DNA of 64,000 nt from Trueperaceae bacterium (GTDB lineage Bacteria > Deinococcota > Deinococci > Deinococcales > Trueperaceae). Positions 29,126 to 38,530 of this stretch are shown here, piece by piece. The position numbers and the translations under genes are program-made. Every line of letters begins with the position of its first letter. Position 1 is the first letter of the stretch. A model generated the notes under the pieces. That model did not search any database. It saw nothing but the letters and a program-made list of their open reading frames with translations, and was not told the DNA's origin. The stretch covers positions 1,152,001 to 1,216,000 of the forward strand of contig OZ243927.1 of NCBI GenBank assembly GCA_965213925.1, in the 5' to 3' direction.

Positions 29126-29647
29126 CTAGAGCCCTCCTACGGCTTGACCGGGCGCGTCGTCCGGCGTTTGTTCGGTCCAGGACTCGAGTAAGAGCCCTAA
29201 AAACTGCAAAAAGAGCAGCGCCGAGCCCAGGAAGATCATCGCGTGAGGAACCGCAAGAGGTGTACGAGACGGCATAAAAGAGCGCGTGCCGTTGACGAAA
29301 GAGTCCCAAAAGAGGGCGAAAAAGGCGTAGGTGAGTAGCGCGGCGAAGACCACACCGATGGTAAGGGCGAAGCGCTCGAGCCAGAGCCGCGCTCTACCGT
29401 CCAACCACTCGCGCAAAATCTCCACCCGGATGTGCTCTTTATGAATGAGCGTATAGGCCGCGCCCAAGTAGATCATCCCCGCGAGCGCGTAACCCGAGAA
29501 CTCCTCGGCGACCTGCGTCGAGCTGTTAAAGAGGAGCCGCAGAACGATTTCTAAGAGGATGAGCGCCGATGTGCCGACCATCAGCACGCCCGCTAAATAG
29601 CCGCCCCCTTTGGAGAGGAGGCGGATTCCTTTTAGCGCGGTGTTCAT
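29126..29647 (-). CDS. dctQ: TRAP transporter small permease
   Basis: Four TM segments; EEFSGY and HIRVEIL. Confidence 0.9.
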   Translation of the reverse strand: MNTALKGIRLLSKGGGYLAGVLMVGTSALILLEIVLRLLFNSSTQVAEEFSGYALAGMIYLGAAYTLIHKEHIRVEILREWLDGRARLWLERFALTIGVVFAALLTYAFFALFWDSFVNGTRSFMPSRTPLAVPHAMIFLGSALLFLQFLGLLLESWTEQTPDDAPGQAVGGL

Positions 29648-30651
29648 CAGTTGCTGTTGCCGCCTGTACTACTGCCACTGCTGTCAAACGTGTTAAGAAC
29701 CTGCTGCCCCTCTTGTCCCGCGTCGCTCAGCCAGCTCTCTTTAAGCGAATCCGCGACCTCTTGCATCGCGCTGTTTAACTCGCTACTCACTTCGTTCACG
29801 ACGGTGATACCGTTCTCGGTCAGCGTGCTCTGCGAGTCTTGGTCGGCTTGGCGCGACGCTTCCCACTGCATCTGCTCGACCTCTTGCGCCGCTTCTAAAA
29901 GCGCGTCTTGCGCCTCTTGCGGCAGATTGCTGAACATATCGGCGTTGACCGTCACCATGTTCAGCGGAAAGGCGTAGTTGATGCGCTCGAAGTAGTCCGT
30001 GACCTCCCAGAGCGAGGCGTCTACGCCCGTCGGGGTGGAGGTCAGTACAGAGTTGACGAGCCCTGTCGAGAGCGCGGTGAAGAGTTCGCTAAAGGGAATC
30101 GCCACCCCTTGCGCGTCCAGACCTTCCACGAACTCGGCGCTGTTCGAGTCATAGGTGCGGACCTTGAGGTCGCCGAAGCCGCCCGGCGTGGTCACTTCAT
30201 TTTTAGTGAACATGCCGCTCGGGGGCCAGGGGACGGCGTAGAGGAGCATCTGGTTGTTTCGCTCTAAAGCTGCCTCGTACGCAGGCTTTGCCGCTTTGTA
30301 GAGGGCGCGCGACCCCTCGTAGTCCTCCACCAAAAGCGGTAAAGAGGTCAGCCCGAAGATCGGCTCGGTGCCCTGCACGTTGCCCATCAACACTTCAGCA
30401 ATCGGCAGCGTTCCGTTACGCACTACGCGCAAAATCTCCTGCCCTTCGAAGCCCAGCGAGCCGCCGCTATTCACGACGATTTCCAACTGCCCGTTCGACC
30501 TCTCGCTGACGAGGTTCGCAAATTCCATCACCCCTTGCGTGTGAAAGTTGCTCTCGGGCCACGCCACGTGCATGTTCCAGCGGGTTTGGGCGAATACGCT
30601 CGTCGCGCCGATGAAAAGAAATACGGTAAGAATCGTTTTGACAATCTTCAC
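29647..30651 (-). CDS. dctP: TRAP substrate-binding protein
   Basis: Signal peptide, LKVRTY and IPFSELFTALSTG. Start trimmed to GTG 30651 behind GGGAGG. Confidence 0.9.
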   Translation of the reverse strand: MKIVKTILTVFLFIGATSVFAQTRWNMHVAWPESNFHTQGVMEFANLVSERSNGQLEIVVNSGGSLGFEGQEILRVVRNGTLPIAEVLMGNVQGTEPIFGLTSLPLLVEDYEGSRALYKAAKPAYEAALERNNQMLLYAVPWPPSGMFTKNEVTTPGGFGDLKVRTYDSNSAEFVEGLDAQGVAIPFSELFTALSTGLVNSVLTSTPTGVDASLWEVTDYFERINYAFPLNMVTVNADMFSNLPQEAQDALLEAAQEVEQMQWEASRQADQDSQSTLTENGITVVNEVSSELNSAMQEVADSLKESWLSDAGQEGQQVLNTFDSSGSSTGGNSN

Positions 30652-30907
30652 AGCAGACCTCCCGAATGAACGTGTGAGAAACTTAACCCCGATTATGTCA
30701 CTATCTGGCGTTAAACGACAAGGTACACCCGCCGGAGCATTCGCCTGTCGTGCGGGATTTCGAGCAGACCGAGGGCGGCGCGGCTCGAGCCTCAAAATCC
30801 TCCTCTTTGCACGTCTGCGCATAAGTTCGCGTTTTGCGGTATAACCTGGACATGAAATTGACAGCGTGGGTAGGTCATAGCGTAGGTCAAGAGGTCAGGA
30901 GCCGCGC

Positions 30908-32908
30908 ATGAGCGTTCTCGTCGGCGTGGATACGGGCGGGACGTTTACGGACATCGTGTGGTTTGAGGGTGGTGCGTTGCGCGTCCACAAAGTTCTTTCG
31001 ACGCCGGAAGACCCGTCCAAGGCGATTTTGGAAGGCTTAAAGGCGCTAGGTAGATTGGACGAATTGGACGCTCTAGTGCACGGCTCGACGGTGGCGACGA
31101 ACGCCGTATTGGAACACCGGGGCGCACGAACGGGGCTCATCACGACAGCGGGCTTTCGAGATGTACTCGAGATAGGACGCCAAACCCGCCCCAAGTTGTA
31201 CGACTTGCGCCAGGAGAAGGAGCCGCCCTTAGTTCCCAGGGAACGCCGCGTGGAGGTTGTCGAAAGGTTGAACGAGCGCGGTGAGGTGATGACCGAGCTA
31301 GATGAGGCGTCCCTGGAAAAAGCGATTCAGGCGTTGAAAGGTGAAGAGGTCGAATCCGTCGCTATCTGCTTGCTTTTCAGCTTTACCAATCCCGCTCACG
31401 AGCAAGAGGTCGCTAAAGCTGCGAAGTCTCTGGGTGTACCTATCTCCGTTTCATCCGAAGTCGTTCCCGAATTTCGCGAGTTTGAACGTACCAGCACAGT
31501 CGTCTTGAACGCTTACGTCGTGCCCGTGATGGGTCGGTATTTGGAGCGGCTCGAGTCCTCTCTGTCCGAAAGTCTCCTCTTCCGGGTGATGCAGAGTAAC
31601 GGGGGGTCTATCTCGAGCCAAACCGCGCGTCAAAACGCTGCCCGCACCCTCTTGTCCGGTCCAGCGGCGGGCGTGGTCGGCGCGGCGTTCGTAGCGGGCG
31701 CGTCCGGGTTCGACAAGGTCATCAGCTTCGACACGGGCGGGACCTCTTCGGATGTGGCGCTCATAGATGGCGAGCTGAGCGAGACCACCGAGGGTAAGGT
31801 GGGCGGCTACCCGTGCAAGCTGCCGATGATCGATATTCACACGGTTGGGGCGGGCGGCGGCAGCGTGGCGTGGTTCGATGCGGGCGGGGCGCTCCGCGTG
31901 GGTCCCAAGTCAGCGGGCGCGGACCCCGGACCGGCGGCGTACGGCAACGGGGGCGAAGAGGCGACCTTGACGGACGCGAACGTGGTGTTGGGGCGGCTTT
32001 TGCCCGATAACTTCTTGGGTGGGGAAATGACGTTGCAGCAAGACGCAGCAGAAAAAGCGGTTAGGGAGATTGCGGATAGACTCGAGACCTCTTCTGAAGA
32101 TGCCGCGTTAGGCATCGTCCGCGTAGCGAACGCGAATATGGAGGCGGCGATTCGCGTGATCACCGTCGAGCGTGGCGTCGACCAGCGCGAGTGCACGCTC
32201 GTAGCGTTCGGCGGAGCGGGACCGCTTCAAGCGTGCGAGCTTGCGTCGGCACTCTCGATTCCGAGGGTTCTCATTCCGAACACAGCGGGCGTGTTATCGG
32301 CTTTGGGAATGCTCGCGGCGGATGTGAAAAAGGACTACGTGCAAACCGTGATGCTGGGTGCAGATGAAGCGCAAGAAGAGGTCGAAGGGACATTTGAAGG
32401 GTTGTACGAACAGGGAAGAGGTGAGTTGGAGCATGAAGGGTTTGAAGAGGGGGAGATGGAGTTGGAGCCCTTCTTAGACCTGCGCTACCAGGGTCAGTCC
32501 TTTGAGCTTGTCGTGTCGTATGAAGGCAGCGTAGAAGATGCGGTAAAGGCTTTTCACGACGCCCACGAACAGCGCTTTGGTCACAGCAATGAAGCGGAGC
32601 GGGTGCAGGTCGTCAACGCGCGGCTCAAAGCGAAGGCGAGCGCGGAGAAGCCGGAGCTTCCCGCAGAAGAGGTCTCTGAGCGTGAGGCGGAGCCGGACAG
32701 CGTTCAAGAGGTTGTTTTCGAAAAAGAAGGAGAGGTTGAGAGGCTCGAGGCGGGTATTTTCGAACGCGATTCCTTAAACTCAGGCGCATACTTTGACGGT
32801 CCCGCCATCGTCACACAGTACGACACCACAACCGTGATTCCTCCGGGCTGGCGGGCGAAGGTGGACGCCGTCAAGAACCTCATCATCGAAGTTGGAAGGT
32901 CAACATGA
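30908..32908 (+). CDS. Hydantoinase A / oxoprolinase family subunit
   Basis: GVDTGGTFTD, HGSTVATN, LSGPAAG, DTGGTSSD, GAGGGS and FGGAGPL. Confidence 0.93.
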   Translation: MSVLVGVDTGGTFTDIVWFEGGALRVHKVLSTPEDPSKAILEGLKALGRLDELDALVHGSTVATNAVLEHRGARTGLITTAGFRDVLEIGRQTRPKLYDLRQEKEPPLVPRERRVEVVERLNERGEVMTELDEASLEKAIQALKGEEVESVAICLLFSFTNPAHEQEVAKAAKSLGVPISVSSEVVPEFREFERTSTVVLNAYVVPVMGRYLERLESSLSESLLFRVMQSNGGSISSQTARQNAARTLLSGPAAGVVGAAFVAGASGFDKVISFDTGGTSSDVALIDGELSETTEGKVGGYPCKLPMIDIHTVGAGGGSVAWFDAGGALRVGPKSAGADPGPAAYGNGGEEATLTDANVVLGRLLPDNFLGGEMTLQQDAAEKAVREIADRLETSSEDAALGIVRVANANMEAAIRVITVERGVDQRECTLVAFGGAGPLQACELASALSIPRVLIPNTAGVLSALGMLAADVKKDYVQTVMLGADEAQEEVEGTFEGLYEQGRGELEHEGFEEGEMELEPFLDLRYQGQSFELVVSYEGSVEDAVKAFHDAHEQRFGHSNEAERVQVVNARLKAKASAEKPELPAEEVSEREAEPDSVQEVVFEKEGEVERLEAGIFERDSLNSGAYFDGPAIVTQYDTTTVIPPGWRAKVDAVKNLIIEVGRST

Positions 32909-34491
32909 GTAGTGCAAGAGTAGACGCCGTGAGTTTGGAAATCTTCCGCAGCAGCTTAACCGCCATCGCCGAGGAGATGGGCGCGGTCTTAACGCGCACC
33001 TCGTACTCGCCCAACATCAAGGAGCGGCGCGACTTCTCGTGCGCGATTTACGACACGGACGCCCGCATGGTGGCGCAGGGGGCGCACATGCCGGTGCATC
33101 TCGGCTCGATGCCCGACTCGGTGACGGCGGCGGTAGAGGTTTTCGGCAAGTTGGACGAGGGCGACGTGGTGGCGCTCAACGACCCCTTTCTAGGCGGGAC
33201 GCACCTACCAGATATCACAGTCGTTTCACCGATGTTTGTAGAACTCGAGGACGAAAAAATCTTCATCGGCTACGCCGCGAACCGCGCTCATCACTCGGAT
33301 GTGGGCGGCATGTCAGCGGGCTCGATGCCGAAAGCCACCGAGCTGTATCAGGAGGGAATCATCATCCCGCCGACTAAACTCTACGAGGCGGGCGAGCCGA
33401 ATGAGGGCGTGCTGGAGCTTATTTACCGCAACGTGCGCACGCCGGGTGAGCGGCGCGGCGATTTGAACGCTCAAATTGCGACGAACCGCACGGCGAATAG
33501 GCGCTTGCAGGAGCTTGTCTCGAGGTGGGGCATGGAAACCGTTCAAGCTCACGTAGACGAACTCATCGCCTACACCGAGCGTTTGACGAGAAGCGCCTTA
33601 GAAGAGGTTCCCGACGGTGAATACGAATTCGAAGACGCCCTAGACAGCGACGGCGTCACGGACGACGTCGTTCCTATTCGCGTCAAACTCACCGTGCAAG
33701 GAAGCGACCTCACGGTGGATTTTTCGGGCAGCAGTAAACAGGTGCGCGGCAACGTGAATACGGTGGCGGCGGTGGCGAAGTCCGCGACGTACTACGTCGT
33801 GCGCTGCCTCATGCCGGAGGACGCGCCGACGAACCACGGCACCTTCGCACCTGTAGAGGTCATTACACCTAAAGGAACCGTGGTGAACGCGCAAGCACCC
33901 GCCGCCGTCGCCCAAGGGAACGTCGAGACCTCACAGCGCATTACAGACGTCGTCTTCGGCGCACTCGCCAAAGCGCTGCCTGGTAGGATTCCGGCGGCGA
34001 GCCAAGGCACGATGAACAACGTGACGGCGGGCGGGGTGGATTCGCGTACCAGTCAGGCGTTCGCCTACTACGAGACGATGGGCGGCGGCATGGGCGCACG
34101 TCCTCATATGGACGGACTTTCGGGCGTCCACACGCACATGAGCAATACGCTCAATACGCCCATCGAGGCGTTCGAGTACGCCTATCCGATGAGGATTACG
34201 GCGTATCGGCTGCGCAGTGGTTCGGGGGGGAAGGGTGAGGCTCGAGGGGGCGACGGTTTGGAGCGTGAGTTGACCTTCGAAGTACCTACCGACGTGACGA
34301 TTTTAAGCGAGCGGCGCAAGCGGTCGCCCTATGGATTGCAAGGTGGACAAGAGGGGGCGCAGGGGGAAAACAGGCTCCATCAAGCGGGTGAAGAGAAAAA
34401 GCTCGAGGGCAAGGTGAGCTTTCGGGCAGAGCCCGGAGACCGTTTGGTCATCGCCTCGCCGGGCGGGGGCGGCTGGGGCGAGGTGGAGTAA
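32905..34491 (+). CDS. Hydantoinase B / oxoprolinase family subunit
   Basis: SPNIKERRDFSCA, PVHLGSM, NDPFLGGTHLPD, HMSNTLNTP and PGGGGWG. Confidence 0.93.
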   Translation: MSSARVDAVSLEIFRSSLTAIAEEMGAVLTRTSYSPNIKERRDFSCAIYDTDARMVAQGAHMPVHLGSMPDSVTAAVEVFGKLDEGDVVALNDPFLGGTHLPDITVVSPMFVELEDEKIFIGYAANRAHHSDVGGMSAGSMPKATELYQEGIIIPPTKLYEAGEPNEGVLELIYRNVRTPGERRGDLNAQIATNRTANRRLQELVSRWGMETVQAHVDELIAYTERLTRSALEEVPDGEYEFEDALDSDGVTDDVVPIRVKLTVQGSDLTVDFSGSSKQVRGNVNTVAAVAKSATYYVVRCLMPEDAPTNHGTFAPVEVITPKGTVVNAQAPAAVAQGNVETSQRITDVVFGALAKALPGRIPAASQGTMNNVTAGGVDSRTSQAFAYYETMGGGMGARPHMDGLSGVHTHMSNTLNTPIEAFEYAYPMRITAYRLRSGSGGKGEARGGDGLERELTFEVPTDVTILSERRKRSPYGLQGGQEGAQGENRLHQAGEEKKLEGKVSFRAEPGDRLVIASPGGGGWGEVE

Positions 34492-34544
34492 GGCGCGTCG
34501 TAAAATTGTTTCTGCGTTTGACGCTTGCAAAGTGGGCTTTTAAC

Positions 34545-34604
34545 GATTAGCCTTTAGCTGTTAGCCAAAAGCTCGAGCTAATACCTAACCGCTAAAAGCG
34601 AATC
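34545..34604. repeat. Inverted heptamer tandem array
   Basis: GATTAGC CTTTAGC TGTTAGC ... GCTAATA CCTAACC GCTAAAA GCGAATC around a central AGCTCGAGCT. Confidence 0.7.
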
Positions 34605-34644
34605 GCTTGTTATGAAGCTCAACTAAACACCTTGGGGGAAGCTT

Positions 34645-36159
34645 ATGGCACACCAGACCATCCAACCACCACCCAGTATCATCACCATCTTCGGCGCAGG
34701 CGGCGACCTCACCTGGCGCAAGCTCGTCCCCGCGCTCTTCGACCTCTACGTGGCGGGCTACTTGCCCGACGAGGTGAACATCATCGGCGTGGACATCAAA
34801 GAGTTTAACGACGCGGCGTTTCGCAAGCACGCGCGAGACGGCGTGGACAAGTTCGCCCGCTACCAGAAAAAGATCGAGGAGCAGTGGGACGGCTTCGCGC
34901 AGAAGATGAGCTACCAAACGGGCGACTTCAGCAAAGAGGAAACCTACAAGGCGCTCGGGGAGAAGCTGGAATCGTGCGATCAAGCTTGGGAGCTTGAAGC
35001 GGATTATATCTTCTATCTAGCGACTGCGCCGACCTTCGTCGAGATAGTCGCGGAGAGGCTCTACGAAGCTGCCCTCTTGAACGATCACGTGCGCAGCCGC
35101 ATCGTCGTGGAGAAACCGTTCGGGCATGACTTGGAGTCCGCGAGGGAGCTGAACCAAAAACTCCTCAACATCTGCCCCGAAGAGCAGATTTACCGCATCG
35201 ACCACTATCTGGGCAAAGAGACGGTGCAAAATATCCTCGCGTTTCGCTTCGCCAACGCGCTCTACGAGCCCGTGTGGAACCGCAACTACATCGACCACGT
35301 GCAGATCACCGTGGCGGAGAGCGTGGGCGTGGGGCACCGGGGCGGCTACTACGACCACGCCGGAGCTTTGCGCGACATGGTGCAGAACCACCTCATGCAG
35401 GTCTTTTGCCTCGTCGCGATGGAGCCGCCCGTCTCGTTCGGCGCGGACGAGATTCGTAGCCGCAAGGTGGACGTGCTCAGGGCGGTGAGGCCGCTCGAGC
35501 TAGAAGACGTACCCGACATGGCGGCGCGAGGTCAGTATGCTGACGGCTGGATAGAGGGCGAACACGCCCCGGCGTACCGAGGTGAACCTGATGTGGCGGA
35601 GGGGTCTAACACGGAGACCTTCGCCGCCTTAAAGCTCTACATCGACAACTGGCGCTGGCGCGGCGTGCCCTTCTATCTGCGGAGCGGCAAGCGGCTCAGT
35701 GAGCGCGTCTCGGAGGTGGTCATCCGCTTTAAGCCGGTGCCGCACCAAGCCTTTCCTGAGACGCTCACTTCGCACTGGCAACCCAACGACCTCTTGATGT
35801 TTTTACAGCCGAACGAGGGGATCGCCATCCGGATGCAGGCGAAGGTGCCGGGCTTGGAGATGCAGCTCGGCGGCGTGGACATGACGTTTAGCTATAAAGA
35901 CGCCTTCCAGACCGCCTCGCCCGAAGCTTACGAAGCCCTCCTTTTAGACGCCATGCGCGGCGACGCGACGCTCTTTATGCGCAGCGACCAGGTGGAGAAG
36001 GCGTGGGAGATCGTCATGCCTGTGCTGGAGTATTGGCGGCGGAGACCCGGCATCTCCACCTACGACGCGGGGACGTGGGGACCGGACAGCGCCACGGAAC
36101 TCATCGCAAGAGATGGGCGGAGTTGGGTGAGACCGCAGAAAATTGGTGGGGAAGATTGA
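34645..36159 (+). CDS. zwf: Glucose-6-phosphate 1-dehydrogenase
   Basis: [34 protein letters not shown] and [14 protein letters not shown]. Confidence 0.96.
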   Translation: MAHQTIQPPPSIITIFGAGGDLTWRKLVPALFDLYVAGYLPDEVNIIGVDIKEFNDAAFRKHARDGVDKFARYQKKIEEQWDGFAQKMSYQTGDFSKEETYKALGEKLESCDQAWELEADYIFYLATAPTFVEIVAERLYEAALLNDHVRSRIVVEKPFGHDLESARELNQKLLNICPEEQIYRIDHYLGKETVQNILAFRFANALYEPVWNRNYIDHVQITVAESVGVGHRGGYYDHAGALRDMVQNHLMQVFCLVAMEPPVSFGADEIRSRKVDVLRAVRPLELEDVPDMAARGQYADGWIEGEHAPAYRGEPDVAEGSNTETFAALKLYIDNWRWRGVPFYLRSGKRLSERVSEVVIRFKPVPHQAFPETLTSHWQPNDLLMFLQPNEGIAIRMQAKVPGLEMQLGGVDMTFSYKDAFQTASPEAYEALLLDAMRGDATLFMRSDQVEKAWEIVMPVLEYWRRRPGISTYDAGTWGPDSATELIARDGRSWVRPQKIGGED

Positions 36160-36173
36160 TCGCGTGTAGGAGC

Positions 36174-37163
36174 TTAATCGAGCCCCGCCGCCGCGCGTTT
36201 CGTGAGCGCGCGCCCGCTGATCAGAGGACCGAGCACGAAGTAGAGGTAGTAACTTAGAGAGCGCCATACGATGACCGTCGTTGAGACCAGTTGCGGGGTG
36301 GCGCGTCCGGCCAAGGCGAGCGAGAGTGCGCCCTCCATGTAGCCGCTCGCGCCGGGGGTAGGGACGGCGAAGGCGAAAGCGTGAATCAGGGTGTGCAGGG
36401 CGAGTAGCTCCAAGGGCGGCACGTCGAGCCCGAGCGAGAGCCCCACCGCGACGAGAAAGGCGAAGCTCGAGACCCAAAAGAGCGCGGAACATATGTGCAG
36501 ACCGAGGTGAACGTACAGGGGTTCTTTGGCAAAGGTGCGACTCGCAGTTTCTAAGTCAGCGAGGAAGCCGCCTACCTTTTCGGCGTAGCGGCGCAGCCCA
36601 GGCAGCCGAAAGAGCGCGCGCATGAGCTTGATAAAGAGCCGTAAACGGAAGGCCAAGAGGAAGCTCAGCGAAAATACGACGGCGGAGAAGAGCATCACTA
36701 ACCAGCCGAGCCCCGCGAGCGGCAGCGAAGTGCCCACTTGCGTCAGGTAGAGAAAGGCGGCGGGGACGCTCCAGGCGAAAAACGCCATGTCAAGCACTGT
36801 GACGAGCACGCTCGTGATGACCGCGTTTTGTAGCGGCACGTTGTAGCGCGTCAAAAGCCAAGTAACGCCTAACGCGTTGCCACCCCCAGCCGGCGTGATG
36901 ACCGAGGCGAAAATCCCGACGACGTGCACCCGTATTCCCTGCCACGTCGAAAGTGACGCGCCGCTCAGCCGTACGAGCAGAGCGGTGCGCCAACCGCCGA
37001 TCGCCCAGCGCAAGGCGAGCACGCCTAGCAAGAGGGCGAGTTGAGGGAGGCCGAGCGTAAGGAGTGTACGTAGCGTCTCTAACTGAAAGGTTTCGGGCAC
37101 GAGGAAGTAGAGGCTGCCGATTCCTAAAAGGAGCGAGAGGAGGAGCGTTTGCCAGATACGCAC
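36174..37163 (-). CDS. Lysylphosphatidylglycerol-synthase-like TM / flippase domain protein (UPF0104)
   Basis: ITPAGGG, VPTPGASGYMEG and VWRSLSYY. Confidence 0.85.
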   Translation of the reverse strand: MRIWQTLLLSLLLGIGSLYFLVPETFQLETLRTLLTLGLPQLALLLGVLALRWAIGGWRTALLVRLSGASLSTWQGIRVHVVGIFASVITPAGGGNALGVTWLLTRYNVPLQNAVITSVLVTVLDMAFFAWSVPAAFLYLTQVGTSLPLAGLGWLVMLFSAVVFSLSFLLAFRLRLFIKLMRALFRLPGLRRYAEKVGGFLADLETASRTFAKEPLYVHLGLHICSALFWVSSFAFLVAVGLSLGLDVPPLELLALHTLIHAFAFAVPTPGASGYMEGALSLALAGRATPQLVSTTVIVWRSLSYYLYFVLGPLISGRALTKRAAAGLD

Positions 37164-38332
37164 TAGCGTATCCCTTCGCCTAGGAGTGCGGGGTCGGGGA
37201 GGCGCGTCTTAGCGTAGTGGACAATATAGTGACCGACGCGCTCGGTCATATCGGGGAAGTTAAAGGCCTTCGCCCGCCTTTCGACTTGGTCGAGCGCGTT
37301 AGGCTCAGCGTGATAGCGGCTGAGCGCCACTTGAAGGGCGTCCATCGTCGGAACGTAGCCGCCTAGCTCGTGCGCCTCTAAAAAGCGGATCATCTGATTT
37401 TCGATGCCGCCCGAGCGGTTGGGCGCTAAGACCGGGCGACCCACCGCCAAGCTCTCGAAGACCGCGGCGGGTCCGGTTTTGCCGACGATCACGTCGCTCG
37501 CCGCGACAAACTCCGCCATGTTATCGACGAACCCTTGCGGGCGCAGCAGCGGGTCGGCGGCGCTTAGCGCGTCCAGTTCGCGCTTTAGTGTGTCGTTACG
37601 TCCAGCGATGACTACAATTTGGATGGGAAAATTAAGCTCGCGCAGGGCGCGGATGAGGGCGAGTGGCGCTCCGCCGACCCCCTCGCCGCCCAAGGAGATA
37701 AGGCAGGTAAAAGCGTCCCCTAATCCCAACTTCTCCCTCGCACAGCGCTTGTCGGGCGCGTGAATAAAGGACTGCTTGACCGGGTAGCCGACCACGTCCA
37801 TCTTGTCGCGGCTCACGCCGAGTTTCGCTAGAATGTCTCTCGCCACGGGCGAGCCGAGCAAGAAGCGCTCCGCTTGGGGGTCCGCCCAGAGCGCGGTCGC
37901 GTCGAGCGTGGACGTCTGAAAGGTGAGGACCGGAACGCGCAACCCGAAGCGGCGCTGCGCGAGCGTGAGCGCTGTAGTGAGCCAGCCGTGATTCGCGACG
38001 ATGAGGGCGGGTTGGCGTTCATTGAGGAGGGTCGCGGCGTCCCTCGCGAAGTTGCGCAGCAAGAGGCGGTGCGCCCGGACCGTGAGACCCGGCGCGCGGT
38101 CGATGAGGCGCTGTCCCCAGGTGACGGTCCACGGGTTTTCCAGCGCGCGCCGCCAGGAGCGTTTATGGAGCGCGTCGAAGCGGCTAAAACCCGCGTCTTT
38201 CATGAGGTCAGAAAGCTCTAAGCGGTACGCACCCGGATAGCCCGTCTCCACCGCCTGCGCCATCGCCTCCGCCGAGGAGACGTGCGACCCGCCGGCGGCA
38301 ATCGTAGCGAAGAGGATAAGGGGGCGCGGCAT
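37163..38332 (-). CDS. MGDG synthase / UgtP-like glycosyltransferase (GT28-related)
   Basis: AGGSHVSSAEAM, GGEGVG, IAGRN and GFVDNM..SDVIVGKTGP..ESLAVGRP. Confidence 0.85.
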   Translation of the reverse strand: MPRPLILFATIAAGGSHVSSAEAMAQAVETGYPGAYRLELSDLMKDAGFSRFDALHKRSWRRALENPWTVTWGQRLIDRAPGLTVRAHRLLLRNFARDAATLLNERQPALIVANHGWLTTALTLAQRRFGLRVPVLTFQTSTLDATALWADPQAERFLLGSPVARDILAKLGVSRDKMDVVGYPVKQSFIHAPDKRCAREKLGLGDAFTCLISLGGEGVGGAPLALIRALRELNFPIQIVVIAGRNDTLKRELDALSAADPLLRPQGFVDNMAEFVAASDVIVGKTGPAAVFESLAVGRPVLAPNRSGGIENQMIRFLEAHELGGYVPTMDALQVALSRYHAEPNALDQVERRAKAFNFPDMTERVGHYIVHYAKTRLPDPALLGEGIR

Positions 38333-38530
38333 CTCCGTATGGTAACAGAAGGAGCGCCGTTTAGACTATCTCTGCAGTGCGGTGCCGAAGTCGCGGCGCA
38401 AGGAAGTGACCGTCCCGCAGGCGACTGCGCGCTCATCATCGTCTTTATGCGCGCTGTGGCTCCAGGGCGACGCGCGCGGGGAGGGGCTCGTGATGTTGGG
38501 CTTGCCGGTGGGTTCTTTCGCGGGCGACTA

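Noticed and set aside
30652..30822. Long N-terminal extension of DctP in the ORF track (similarly hrcA, arsR, the ferredoxin and the YhcB-like gene)
   Set aside because: SD or -10 positions and family N-termini support the downstream starts.
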